Shown here: positions 1-8,833 of the stretch, piece by piece
Position numbering within the stretch: position 1 is the stretch's first letter
Layout: each line of letters opens with the position of its first letter
From: Longimicrobiales bacterium
GTDB taxonomy: Bacteria; Gemmatimonadota; Gemmatimonadetes; Longimicrobiales; Gaopeijiaceae
Direction: 5' to 3'
DNA length: 64,000 bases
Assembly: GCA_965219445.1 (NCBI GenBank)
Contig: CBDCNQ010000004.1
Span: 224,001 to 288,000 of the forward strand
Made by a program: the position numbers and the translations under genes
The notes under the pieces: generated by a model
Database searches by the model: none
What the model was told of the DNA's origin: nothing
Seen by the model: the letters and a program-made list of their open reading frames with translations, nothing else

Positions 1-2
1 CC

Positions 3-938
3 GAAGCCGAACCAGAGCCGCTCACTCTGGGTACGCTTTTTGACATATACGGTGAGGAGGTGACGCCGACCAAGGCCGACCGGACACGGCCGCGCGACCG
101 GGTCGCGACCACGATGTTCCTCCGCTTCTTCGGACGGGACCGGGACCCGGCGACGCTTTCCCAGCGCGACTGGGACCGGTTCATCCGGGAGCGGCGCGCG
201 GGCAGGGCCGGCATCTCGGGTGAGCCCGTGAGCAACCGGACGATCGAAGGAGACCTGACGTTCCTGATGGCGGTGCTCAACTGGGCCGCAAGGTCGAGGG
301 ACGAGCAGGGCCGCCTGCTCCTCGACAGGAACCCGCTGAAGGGCCTCAGGAAGCCCAGGGAGAAGAACCCCACCCGCGTCGTGCTCGATGAAGAGGAGTA
401 TCGGACGCTGCTCGGGGTTTCCCGGCAGGTCAATTGGCGATTCCACGTCGCGCTCGCGCTCGCGCACGAGACCGGGCACCGGATCGGAGCCATCCGACAG
501 CTCCGGTGGTCGGACATCGACCTCGAAGGCATGACCATCCGGTGGCGGGCGAAGCACGAGAAGAACGGCTACGAACACACCACGCCGGTGACGGCCGAGG
601 CGATAGCGGCGTTGGAAGAGGCGCGACGGATGAGCAGCGGGACGGGAGACGCTCCGGTGCTGCCCGCCGGGACGGATGCCTCCAGATGCATGGGTCGCGG
701 ATGGGCGTACCGGCTGTGGCGCAGGGCGGAGGCCCTCGCGGGGATGGAGCGCAAGGGCGGACGTGGCTGGCACTCGCTTAGGCGGAAGTTTGCGACCGAC
801 CTGATGGACCTGCCGCTCAAGGTGCTCTGCGACTTGGGCGGATGGAAGAACGCACACACGGTGCTCAGATGCTATCAGAGAGCCGACGAGGGACAACTCA
901 GGAAGGCTCTGGAAGGCCGCACGCGGGTTCGCGGCTGA
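3..938 (+). CDS. Tyrosine recombinase/integrase (Int1), 5' end outside window
   Basis: Frame open from base 3 (EAEPEPLTLGTLFDIYGEEV); catalytic motifs ETGHRIG, HEKNG, HSLRRKF, GGWK, CYQ; paralog of 957..2135 and 24662..25825. Confidence 0.93.
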   Translation, partial: EAEPEPLTLGTLFDIYGEEVTPTKADRTRPRDRVATTMFLRFFGRDRDPATLSQRDWDRFIRERRAGRAGISGEPVSNRTIEGDLTFLMAVLNWAARSRDEQGRLLLDRNPLKGLRKPREKNPTRVVLDEEEYRTLLGVSRQVNWRFHVALALAHETGHRIGAIRQLRWSDIDLEGMTIRWRAKHEKNGYEHTTPVTAEAIAALEEARRMSSGTGDAPVLPAGTDASRCMGRGWAYRLWRRAEALAGMERKGGRGWHSLRRKFATDLMDLPLKVLCDLGGWKNAHTVLRCYQRADEGQLRKALEGRTRVRG

Positions 939-940
939 GA

Positions 941-1030
941 TCCCAATCGGCGGGAATCAAACAGCGGGAACCGGACCGACGAATCCCGTAAGTGACACGT
1001 TCACAAACAGATACAAATCTGATGATGCCT
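941..1030 (+). other. Putative element end (att-like) downstream of Int1
   Basis: Aligns with 25828..25919: CCAATCGGCGGGAATCA..GCGGGAA..CCCGTAAGT..TCACA..CAAA.CTG..TGCCT; both copies abut a truncated gene. Confidence 0.7.
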
Positions 1031-2135
1031 GCTGGTAGCACTGGAGCACTGTCTTGGCCTCCTTCCAGCCGCCGAGTTCGCAGAGCACCTTGAGCGGCTG
1101 GTCCATGAGGTCGGAGGCGAACTTCCGTCTCAGGGAGTGCCAGCCCCTCCCACGCTTAGGTTCAAGCCCCGCGAGCGCCTCCGCTTTTTGCCACCAAACG
1201 CGCGCCTGACAGGAGCCCACGCACCTCGACGGATCCTGCGGCGAGGGCAGCACGAGAGTGTGTCCGGTCACGGGGTTCCTCTTTCGCGCCGCCTCCAAGG
1301 CGGCGAGCGCCTCGGCGGTGACCGGCGTCCGGTGCTCGTAGCCCGACTTCTCGTGCTCTGCGCGCCAGCGGATGGTCTTGCCCTCCATGTCGATGTCCGA
1401 CCACCGGAGCTGGCGGATGGCACCGATGCGGTGACCCGTCTCGTGCGCGAGCACGAGCGCGGCGCGGAACCGCCAGTCGACCTGCCGGGACACCTGTAGA
1501 AGCGCTTGGTACTCCTCCTCGGCCAGGACGATTCGGGCCGGGTTCTTCTGCTTGGGCGTCTTCAGGCCTCTCAGGGGATTCGCTTCCAAGAGCAGGCGGC
1601 CCTGCTCGTCCCTCGACTTGGCGGCCCAGTTGAGCACCGCGATCAGGAACTTCAGGTCGCGTTCGATCATCCGGTCGGACACCGGCTTGCCGCTCGGGCC
1701 GACCCTGCCCGCCCTACGCTCCCGGATGAACCGGTCCCAGTCGCGCTGGGACAGCGTGGCCGGGCTGCGCTTCGATCCGAAGCACCCGAGGAACATCCTC
1801 ATCGCGGCCCTGTCGTGCAGCCGCGACTGTCCACGCTTGGTGGGCGTCACCTCTTCACCGTAGATGTCAAAAAGCCGCTCCAGGGTGAGCGGCTCGAGCT
1901 CGGCGTCCGCCTTGCGGTGGAGCTCCGGCCCGAGGTAGCCAGCGGCGAACTCGTCCGCCTGCCGCTTCGCCCGTCTCCAGTCGCGGTGCTTCAGCGACCT
2001 TGTGAGCCTGCGCCCGTTCTCGCGCCACTCGATCTGGAACAGGCCGGTCTTGGGATCGGGAAAGACCCGTACCCGGTTCCGGCCCCATTCGCCGGCGCCG
2101 TAGCTGCGCCGGATAGGTTTCGTGCGTGCCATCAT
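957..2135 (-). CDS. Tyrosine recombinase (Int2), native C-terminus replaced just after the catalytic Tyr
   Basis: Start MMARTKPIRR at 2135 as in Int3; all catalytic motifs present; ends CYQQASSDLYLF... instead of CYQRADEDQLRKAL, so homology breaks at ~1027-1030. Confidence 0.9.
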   Translation of the reverse strand: MMARTKPIRRSYGAGEWGRNRVRVFPDPKTGLFQIEWRENGRRLTRSLKHRDWRRAKRQADEFAAGYLGPELHRKADAELEPLTLERLFDIYGEEVTPTKRGQSRLHDRAAMRMFLGCFGSKRSPATLSQRDWDRFIRERRAGRVGPSGKPVSDRMIERDLKFLIAVLNWAAKSRDEQGRLLLEANPLRGLKTPKQKNPARIVLAEEEYQALLQVSRQVDWRFRAALVLAHETGHRIGAIRQLRWSDIDMEGKTIRWRAEHEKSGYEHRTPVTAEALAALEAARKRNPVTGHTLVLPSPQDPSRCVGSCQARVWWQKAEALAGLEPKRGRGWHSLRRKFASDLMDQPLKVLCELGGWKEAKTVLQCYQQASSDLYLFVNVSLTGFVGPVPAV

Positions 2136-2227
2136 TCGATTCCTCTCTCGATGATGGACTGCACGATCTGCGCATCGGAAACTTGGGGTGCGAACGGCTT
2201 CTTGACCAGTGGCGTCGGCGGGCTCAT
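2132..2227 (-). pseudogene. Remnant C-terminus of excisionase-like gene
   Basis: PLVKKPFAPQVSDAQIVQSIIERGIE* matches the end of 24219..24665; same ATGA overlap with the integrase. Confidence 0.6.
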
Positions 2228-2564
2228 GGACGTTGGGCTGCCTGTTCGGCCCACGAGGGCGAAGACCCGAAGGCCGGTCCCAGTCCTTGACCCGCCGAGC
2301 CGGATGCTTCGCGACTCGCGAGTTCGGAGCCACGATTGGAGGTCGTTTTCCGCAGCGGCGACCGAGAGCGATTCGGGGGGCGGAACTTGACCGCCGATCG
2401 CCGGGGGTCGGTGGCGTACCGCGCGCGCACATCGACATCGAGGTGCATGTGCACGGAACCGCCGTCGCGATGTGCGCGCCAGCGGTTCCGTATGTCGCTG
2501 GCTGCTTTGCGGTTGCACCCCGGCCACCGGATCGGCGATACCGTTCCAGAGGGTGCGGCCGTGG

Positions 2565-2655
2565 CGGGAGCGACCCCCCTCTTTCGATGCCTGGTACGGC
2601 ATCGGGGAGGGTTGGATGTGCACGCCCATCCACCCTCCGTCGGGAGGTCGCTCCG
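2565..2655 (+). repeat. Structured 91-nt module A
   Basis: CGGGAGCGACCCCC-N10-GCCTGGTACGG-hairpin-GGGAGGTCGCTCCG; inverted counterpart at 2864..2954. Confidence 0.75.
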
Positions 2656-2863
2656 GTCCAGCAATCCCGTGCGGGAAGGCCATCGGTCACCTGGGACGGG
2701 CGCGTCCCGGACTTGGCGGCTTGGGCTGTGGCCCGAACCATCGGGGGTACCCCGGCCTTGCTCGGTGATGCCCGGCTGCCAGACGGCCGGCCGGTCGGCG
2801 AACGGGTGATCCGCCGCCTCGAAGCGGCGCTCAAACCGCCTTCCCGCGTAGGGATTGATGGCT

Positions 2864-2954
2864 CGGGAGCGACCCCAAGGGACGGGGGCAGGGGTGTGAA
2901 AACACACCTGCGTCCGAACCCGTACCAGGCCCTCGGACTGGGGGGTCGCTCCCG
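2864..2954 (-). repeat. Structured 91-nt module B (inverted copy of A)
   Basis: Minus strand reads CGGGAGCGACCCCC-N10-GCCTGGTACGG-hairpin-GGGGTCGCTCCCG; perfect 13-bp terminal inverted repeat. Confidence 0.75.
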
Positions 2955-3128
2955 TCCCGGTCAGTGCTGCCCGTGCGGCGCTGACCGACCCGGCCGCGAA
3001 GGCGCAAGACGTTGCCGTGTCGTGGCCTACACCGCAGCACCGGCGCGCATCGCCGGAGGGCCAAAGTGCGCATCGGCCCCCCGCGTCGTTTGCGCACTCC
3101 AGTGCGGCCATGAGACGCGCGCCGGTCG

Positions 3129-4061
3129 TCACCGGTAGCGCGCTCCCGCGAGGCGCACCGTTTGCCAGGCGACGCCGCGGTGAATCGCCCCGCGGCCTGC
3201 CTGCCGGCGGGCCTGCTTCTCCAGCGCGACGCTGCGTTTCAGGGCGGCTTGCAGGCCTCCGAACTCCTCGAGGATCTGGATCGCGCCTTGAAGGATCGCC
3301 CGCTCGATACGGGCAAGTTCCTCACGGATCCCGGCGTCGGGCTCGCCGGGGCCGGACGCCTCAGCCCAGCCGCTCATCACGGCCAGGGCCCGGTCCATCT
3401 CCCGCGAAGTGCGGGCGACGGCGACGACCTCGACGGACCGGCCTAGCCTATGGAGCGCGTGCCAGAGCCCGCGGTGCGCCCCGCCCCACGAACGTAGCGC
3501 GGTCGAGGTATCGTGGCCGGGATCGACGTAGACGAACACTGCACGGCCCGAGTCCAGTGCGACGGGCAACTTGAGCGGGAAGCAGCGCCGGGTGTCCCCG
3601 GCGGCTCCGCGGTAGAGGCGCGAGGGCAGCAACTCACGCTCGATCCCGAGCGCCTCGAACGCGCCGACCTTCTCCGGTTCGGTGGGCAGCCACGGCAGGC
3701 CGGTGTGCCCGATCACGTAGTCGAGCGAGAGCAGGCGGCGCATGAGCACGTCGGCGGACGCCGTGCGGCGGTGGCGGATGTGCTCGGCTCCGAGCGCGTG
3801 GTATAGACCCCGGGAGAAGATCCGGCACACGCGGCCGATCCCCCGAACGCCCGGCACGGTCTCCTCGGCGGCGAGGCCCTGCGCGATCAGCGCGTGGACG
3901 AGGCGGCGCGCCCGCTCGTGATGCGTGTCCAGGAACCGCGTCGCCTGTGTGCGGGTGAACACGCCGCTGTGGAGGCATACGAGCGCGATCCACTCGGCCT
4001 GGCGGCCCGTCCAACCGAATGGCTCGAGCGCCTTCTCTCGCCCGGCGAGATGGGCGATCAT
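3129..4061 (-). CDS. Uncharacterised T4SS-associated protein (310 aa), last gene of virB operon
   Basis: MIAHLAGREKALEPFGWTGRQAEWIALVCLHSGVFTRTQ; ATGA overlap with virB8 stop; second partial homolog at 23738..24050. Confidence 0.85.
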   Translation of the reverse strand: MIAHLAGREKALEPFGWTGRQAEWIALVCLHSGVFTRTQATRFLDTHHERARRLVHALIAQGLAAEETVPGVRGIGRVCRIFSRGLYHALGAEHIRHRRTASADVLMRRLLSLDYVIGHTGLPWLPTEPEKVGAFEALGIERELLPSRLYRGAAGDTRRCFPLKLPVALDSGRAVFVYVDPGHDTSTALRSWGGAHRGLWHALHRLGRSVEVVAVARTSREMDRALAVMSGWAEASGPGEPDAGIREELARIERAILQGAIQILEEFGGLQAALKRSVALEKQARRQAGRGAIHRGVAWQTVRLAGARYR

Positions 4062-4726
4062 CGCGGGGCTTCCGTGACCAGGGCACGGTCGGCCTGGAGG
4101 TAGGTGATGAGGATGCCCATCGGGTTGTAGACGACGAGCTCGGAGGGGATGACGGTGAGGAACGTGAACCGGAGCGTGATCGACCAGCGCTCGCGCCGGG
4201 TCTCCTGCCCCTGCCTGAGGTGGACCAGATCGAAGTCGGCGGTCGCGCCGTGCGGCGCCTCGGGTGCGGGGTGGATGCGGAGCACGACCTGCTCGACCTG
4301 GAGCTCGGTGTCGGCGGTGCCGGCCGCCATGGCGGCGACCTCGGCGCCGTCCCTCGTGAATGCGGCGTTCGCCAGCTCGGTCGAGAGGAAGCGGAGGCTC
4401 CGCGTCCAGTGCTCCTCGACCGTGGCCCGTCGCCGCGAATAGAAGTCGGAGATGAACCGGTTGAGGAAGTACTTGGTCGTGGGATCGAGCGGATCCGCCT
4501 GCGCCGTTGCGGCCTCGTAGGCCACGGCCTCGGCGCGGCCGACCTCGTCGACCCGGACGACGATCGGGCGGGGCGGCTCGACGGTCGCGACCCGGAGGAG
4601 CAGCACGGCGAGCGCGAGACACGCTCCTCCGAGAATCATTGCAAGCGTCCGGAGCTTCCGGTTCGCCTCGACGGTCTCACCCCAGATTTCCGCGTACTCG
4701 CGGCCGGCATCGTGTTCTCGGTTCAT
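4058..4726 (-). CDS. virB8: VirB8/TrbF family T4SS protein
   Basis: N-terminal TM, PIVVRVDEVGRAEAV, C-terminal YNPMGILITY motif; AAGGAG RBS. Confidence 0.88.
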   Translation of the reverse strand: MNREHDAGREYAEIWGETVEANRKLRTLAMILGGACLALAVLLLRVATVEPPRPIVVRVDEVGRAEAVAYEAATAQADPLDPTTKYFLNRFISDFYSRRRATVEEHWTRSLRFLSTELANAAFTRDGAEVAAMAAGTADTELQVEQVVLRIHPAPEAPHGATADFDLVHLRQGQETRRERWSITLRFTFLTVIPSELVVYNPMGILITYLQADRALVTEAPR

Positions 4727-4737
4727 GGATGTCTCCT

Positions 4738-5748
4738 TCAGCCTCCGGGGACTGGGGGGCGGGCCGGGTTCGCGGCGGCGGTGAGGCGTCCGCCGCCGCG
4801 CACCACGAGCGCCATCATGCCCGACCCGACGGATCCGGAGCCGGAGACGAGCATCGCGGCGAGCTCGCCCACCTTCATGCCGGCCATCAGGCCGGAGACG
4901 ACGAGCGGGAGGAGGACGACGACCCACAGCCCTAGCTCGGCCGGGTCGGAGGAGCCGGTGCCCATCAAGGCGCCGGTGTAGGTCGTGACGTAGCCCATGC
5001 CGACGCCCATGAACACGCGGAGGATCGCGCCGGCCACGACGCCGTAGAGCGTGTAGACCATGAGCGTGCGGAACCAACCCCAGAACAGGAACGCGAGCGG
5101 CTCGAACAGCAGCCAGGGGATGAACACGGGGCCGAGCAGGATCACGATCGCGAGCGCCACCTGCGCCCAGATCACCTGCGCGTAGGTCAGGCAGAAGAGC
5201 GCGACGAGGCCGAGCACGAGCGGCACGCCCATCATCAGCGCGACGAGGGACGAGAAGAACACGCTCACGCCCTCGGTCACGACGGTCATCAGGCTCCCGC
5301 CCGACCATGCCGCGCCGAGCCGTGCGGCGAACGCCTGGACCAGCGCGGTCATCTCCGTGTAGCCGACGGACACGACGTCGGAGATGAACAGGTTCTGGAG
5401 CCAGATCCCTCCGGCCGCCACCATGGCCGGAAACGTGAACCCGACGCCCGGGATCGGGACGCTGTAGTAGTGGAGCAACGTCCGGGGGATCGCGATCCCG
5501 AGCACGACACGCACGAGGGACCACGGTTCGAGCGTGCCGCTGTAGGCGATCTTGAGCCCGCTCCAGGCGACGACGATCGCCGCGAGACCGCCCCACAGCT
5601 GGTGGCCGAGCGTCAGCACGTCGGGCGCGGCGCCGCCGACCACCGTATCGAGCACGACGTCCAGGAACCCCTTGAAGTCCTGGAGCTGATCCGCCGGGAT
5701 CTGGGCCGGGACGTTCGGATCGATCGACTGCGGGGGAGGAAGTTGCAT
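4738..5748 (-). CDS. virB6: VirB6/TrbL family polytopic membrane protein
   Basis: Multiple TM segments; LLGPVFIPWLLFEPLAFLFWGWF motif. Confidence 0.88.
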   Translation of the reverse strand: MQLPPPQSIDPNVPAQIPADQLQDFKGFLDVVLDTVVGGAAPDVLTLGHQLWGGLAAIVVAWSGLKIAYSGTLEPWSLVRVVLGIAIPRTLLHYYSVPIPGVGFTFPAMVAAGGIWLQNLFISDVVSVGYTEMTALVQAFAARLGAAWSGGSLMTVVTEGVSVFFSSLVALMMGVPLVLGLVALFCLTYAQVIWAQVALAIVILLGPVFIPWLLFEPLAFLFWGWFRTLMVYTLYGVVAGAILRVFMGVGMGYVTTYTGALMGTGSSDPAELGLWVVVLLPLVVSGLMAGMKVGELAAMLVSGSGSVGSGMMALVVRGGGRLTAAANPARPPVPGG

Positions 5749-5766
5749 GACGGTCGCTCCCGGGGC

Positions 5767-6696
5767 CTAAACTTGGCCGCCCATGTAGAACGACGGGATC
5801 TTGAACAGGAGCCCCTCCCGGAGCCGGTCGCGGTTCTGGAACGCGGCCGTGCGCATCGCATCCGCCATCGCGTTCGTACGGAGGCGTGCGTCCCTCCACT
5901 CGGCCAGCCGCTCGAGCCGGTCGATCTCGGCCTGCTGCATCCGGTTCGCTTGCTCGACCGCTTGATAGGCGAGCACCTGCGCCACGGCGGCGTTGATCCG
6001 GCCCTGGGTCAGCGCGGCCGCCACTTGCGCCTGCTGGAGCGCCGTGTTGGACAGGTTGCTGTTCGCGGTCAGGTCGTCGAACGAGTCCTGCGCGCTCTCG
6101 ACGGTCGAGGCGAGCGAGGCCGCGGCGTCCATCATCGCGTAGTCGAGCACCCTCTGCCGGTCGGCGGCCTCCTTGGCCTGGCGGTAGTCCTCAGCCGCGC
6201 GCGACGACGCCTCGGCCGGGCGGTTACGGAACAGCCCCAAGATGTCCGCCTCGCTCACCTGGTCGGCCACCCCTTGGGCGCTCCGCCAGACATCGGTGAA
6301 CGAGTCGCCGCTCCCCATGTCACGGACCGCGTCGACCAGCTCTCCGGCCGCGCCGGTGAAGTCGGAGCCCCAGTCGAGGCCGTCGCCGACGAGGCCGATG
6401 GATCCGGCCGCCAGCTCCGCAAACGGCTCGATCAAAGCGTCCACCTCGCCGCGCGCGACGTCCTTCATGTAGTCGAGCTGCTCCTCGAGCTCGGTGAGCT
6501 GGCGGGTCATCGTCCGCATCTGGCTGAGCTGGTTCGCAAGCTGGGTCGCTTGGTTTACGATCATCTGGGCACGCTGAATCACGCCGCCGATGTCGAAGAG
6601 GGCGTTGGCCGGCCCAGCGCTCGCGAGCATCAGGACCGAGACCAAGAGGACGGTGGTAAGGCTGCGGTGACGCATGATGAGCTCCTTGTTTGTCAT
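5767..6696 (-). CDS. VirB5/TrbJ-like secreted helical protein
   Basis: Signal peptide, Q-rich coiled coil (QIVNQATQLANQLSQ-type), position before virB6. Confidence 0.7.
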   Translation of the reverse strand: MTNKELIMRHRSLTTVLLVSVLMLASAGPANALFDIGGVIQRAQMIVNQATQLANQLSQMRTMTRQLTELEEQLDYMKDVARGEVDALIEPFAELAAGSIGLVGDGLDWGSDFTGAAGELVDAVRDMGSGDSFTDVWRSAQGVADQVSEADILGLFRNRPAEASSRAAEDYRQAKEAADRQRVLDYAMMDAAASLASTVESAQDSFDDLTANSNLSNTALQQAQVAAALTQGRINAAVAQVLAYQAVEQANRMQQAEIDRLERLAEWRDARLRTNAMADAMRTAAFQNRDRLREGLLFKIPSFYMGGQV

Positions 6697-7961
6697 TGCC
6701 GTGTCCCGGCCCTGGGGACCAGGACATCGGAGGTGAACCAGATGCGCAGGCGATGGCCGGCGCGGATCGTGATCGTGGGTAGCCGGTTCAGGAACCGGTC
6801 GAGAACCGAGGTCGCGCTCTGGCCGAGGCCTTGGCCGACGCCCGCCCTGAGGCCGAACGGCGAACCGCCGGCCAGGGCGAGTCCGCTTACGACGCCGATG
6901 GCTCCGGCGGCCGCGAACGTGCTGAAGTAGTGGCGGTCGACTTGGTCCCGAAGCGCCCCTTCGCCCGCCTGGTTGAGGCCGGTGAACTCGAGGTCGATCC
7001 AGCTCCCGTCGGGCAGGAGTAGCCGGTGGAACGCGACGGCGAGCCGGCTCTGGTCCGGGTCCTGAACGGCCCGGGCCGTGCCGACGACGCGCGTGCCGCG
7101 CGGGATCAGGACCCGCTGGCGGTCGGCCGAATAGAACGGGACCGAGACCATGGCGAGCACCGGTCCCGGGAAATCGCCCGAGAGCTGCGTGAGGAGCACC
7201 CCTTCGAGGAACGAGCCCTCGTGGATCCGCTCCCAGCCCGGCGGGTCGGCGGGTTGCACGCTCCGGCCGGGCTCAGCCGTGCCGGGGGTGCGAGGAGAGC
7301 TTGGCGGTGCGGCAGGTCCCGGGGAGCCGGAGAGGAGCTGCCCGGCCGCCAACTCCGCTTCCAATTCGTTCTCGAGCGCCCCGACCGACTGCTCGAAAGA
7401 GGCGAGCGCCGCTTGGACCGTGTTCTCGAGGAGCGCCACATCCGCGTCGGCCGCATCGCCGGTGCCGGCTTCGGACGACTCCGCGGTCGCGTTGGGATCC
7501 CGGTACGACTGAGCCACGGGAAGGGCACGGAGCGAGCGGGTTCTTCGCTCCAGCTCCTCCAGCCGAAGCGCCTCCCTAAGCTCCGACTCCGCCGCTCCGA
7601 TGCCTGGGATCAAGGCTGCGGTGTTCGGCGTCTCCGACTCGGTCTGGAGCCGGGCCATTTCTTCGGCGGCCGCAGCCTGCCGGCGCTCGAGCTCGGCGCG
7701 CGCCCGGGCGGCGGCCTCCAGAGTCTGCCGCTCGGCCTCGGCGCGAATACGGCCTTCGAGCGATCGGCCCATCCCGTCGTCGACCGCCTGCGCCTCGGGC
7801 AGGGCTACGAGAGTGGGCGCATCTTCCTCGGGACCCGTCATCGCCCACGAGAACAGGAGTCCACCGACGAGCACGGCGATCAACACCACGCCGGCCTTCG
7901 TCACGATGCCGCCCGGCAGCGCGCCTTCCGGCGGCGAGACCCACTGCTTCCAACGGCTCAT
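6693..7961 (-). CDS. virB10: VirB10/TrbI family protein
   Basis: TM anchor; LIPRGTRVVG, GALRDQVDRHY, LNRLPTITIRAGHRLRIWFTSD. Confidence 0.93.
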   Translation of the reverse strand: MSRWKQWVSPPEGALPGGIVTKAGVVLIAVLVGGLLFSWAMTGPEEDAPTLVALPEAQAVDDGMGRSLEGRIRAEAERQTLEAAARARAELERRQAAAAEEMARLQTESETPNTAALIPGIGAAESELREALRLEELERRTRSLRALPVAQSYRDPNATAESSEAGTGDAADADVALLENTVQAALASFEQSVGALENELEAELAAGQLLSGSPGPAAPPSSPRTPGTAEPGRSVQPADPPGWERIHEGSFLEGVLLTQLSGDFPGPVLAMVSVPFYSADRQRVLIPRGTRVVGTARAVQDPDQSRLAVAFHRLLLPDGSWIDLEFTGLNQAGEGALRDQVDRHYFSTFAAAGAIGVVSGLALAGGSPFGLRAGVGQGLGQSATSVLDRFLNRLPTITIRAGHRLRIWFTSDVLVPRAGTRQ

Positions 7962-8827
7962 CGGAGCGCTTCCTGCGGCGTGAACCGCCAGCTGGCCCGC
8001 TTGTCGCCGATCTGGAGCCATCCGTCGCCCAACACGTGTCGAGCGATGTAGAGGCCGTCCTCACTGAGGTCGTAGGCGACGAGCGCCGGCTCGCCGTCCC
8101 GGAGCTCATAGAGGGCCGGCGACTCCTGCGCGCGGGAGCGGAGATAGGTGAACTGCCCGTCGTGCCACATCGCCTCGACGAGGAACGGCCGGTCGGCCGC
8201 GTCCCCGTCGAGCCGGTACTCGAACGCGAGACGCGCGGGATAGCCGGCACGGAACGCCTCGATCGCCGACTCAGCCTGAGTCCGGGCTTCCAGGATGCCG
8301 GCCTCGGCCGCCTCCCGGGCGCTGCGAGCCGCCTCGGCCGCCTCGGCGGCCATCTGCTGATAGGCCGCGACCTCGCTACGCGCGACGAACGCGGGACGGC
8401 CCGTGCCGCCGCTGTACAGTCCCGTCTTCTCCGCTCCAGACTCGACCCGGACGACCAGGTGGGGCGGGCCGTCGCTGTGCTCGGCCACCAGGAACGAGTA
8501 GATCCGCCCCGACTCGCAGACGAGCGCGATGTTCGTCGCCGCGTCCGGCCGCAGGGGCTTCAGGAACGCGACGTTCGCCGCGCCCGCCAGATGCCAGTAC
8601 TCCGAGTCGCCGACGACGAAATCCAGGATGTTCTCGTCGGTGGGGAGCACGATGACCGTCGTGTGACGGACCCGGGTGCGCAGCCGGTGAATGCGGTCCT
8701 CGCCCTCCTCCGGGACCGCTACCCGGAGGAGGGCTTGGTCGTCGTTCTCCTGCTGCGCGGCGGCCCTAGCGGGGAGGGCAGCCAAGAGAAGGGCGGTTAG
8801 AACGAGGGGTGTCATCGGTGGTCGCAT
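7958..8827 (-). CDS. virB9: VirB9/TrbG family protein
   Basis: Signal peptide; VVGDSEYW, FLKP, TNI, WHDGQFTY motifs. Confidence 0.9.
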   Translation of the reverse strand: MRPPMTPLVLTALLLAALPARAAAQQENDDQALLRVAVPEEGEDRIHRLRTRVRHTTVIVLPTDENILDFVVGDSEYWHLAGAANVAFLKPLRPDAATNIALVCESGRIYSFLVAEHSDGPPHLVVRVESGAEKTGLYSGGTGRPAFVARSEVAAYQQMAAEAAEAARSAREAAEAGILEARTQAESAIEAFRAGYPARLAFEYRLDGDAADRPFLVEAMWHDGQFTYLRSRAQESPALYELRDGEPALVAYDLSEDGLYIARHVLGDGWLQIGDKRASWRFTPQEALR

Positions 8828-8833
8828 GGCGTA

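Noticed and set aside
957..2834. 625-aa integrase with a long N-terminal extension
   Set aside because: Paralog Int3 starts at MMARTK with the same ATGA overlap; the extension is an open GC-rich frame
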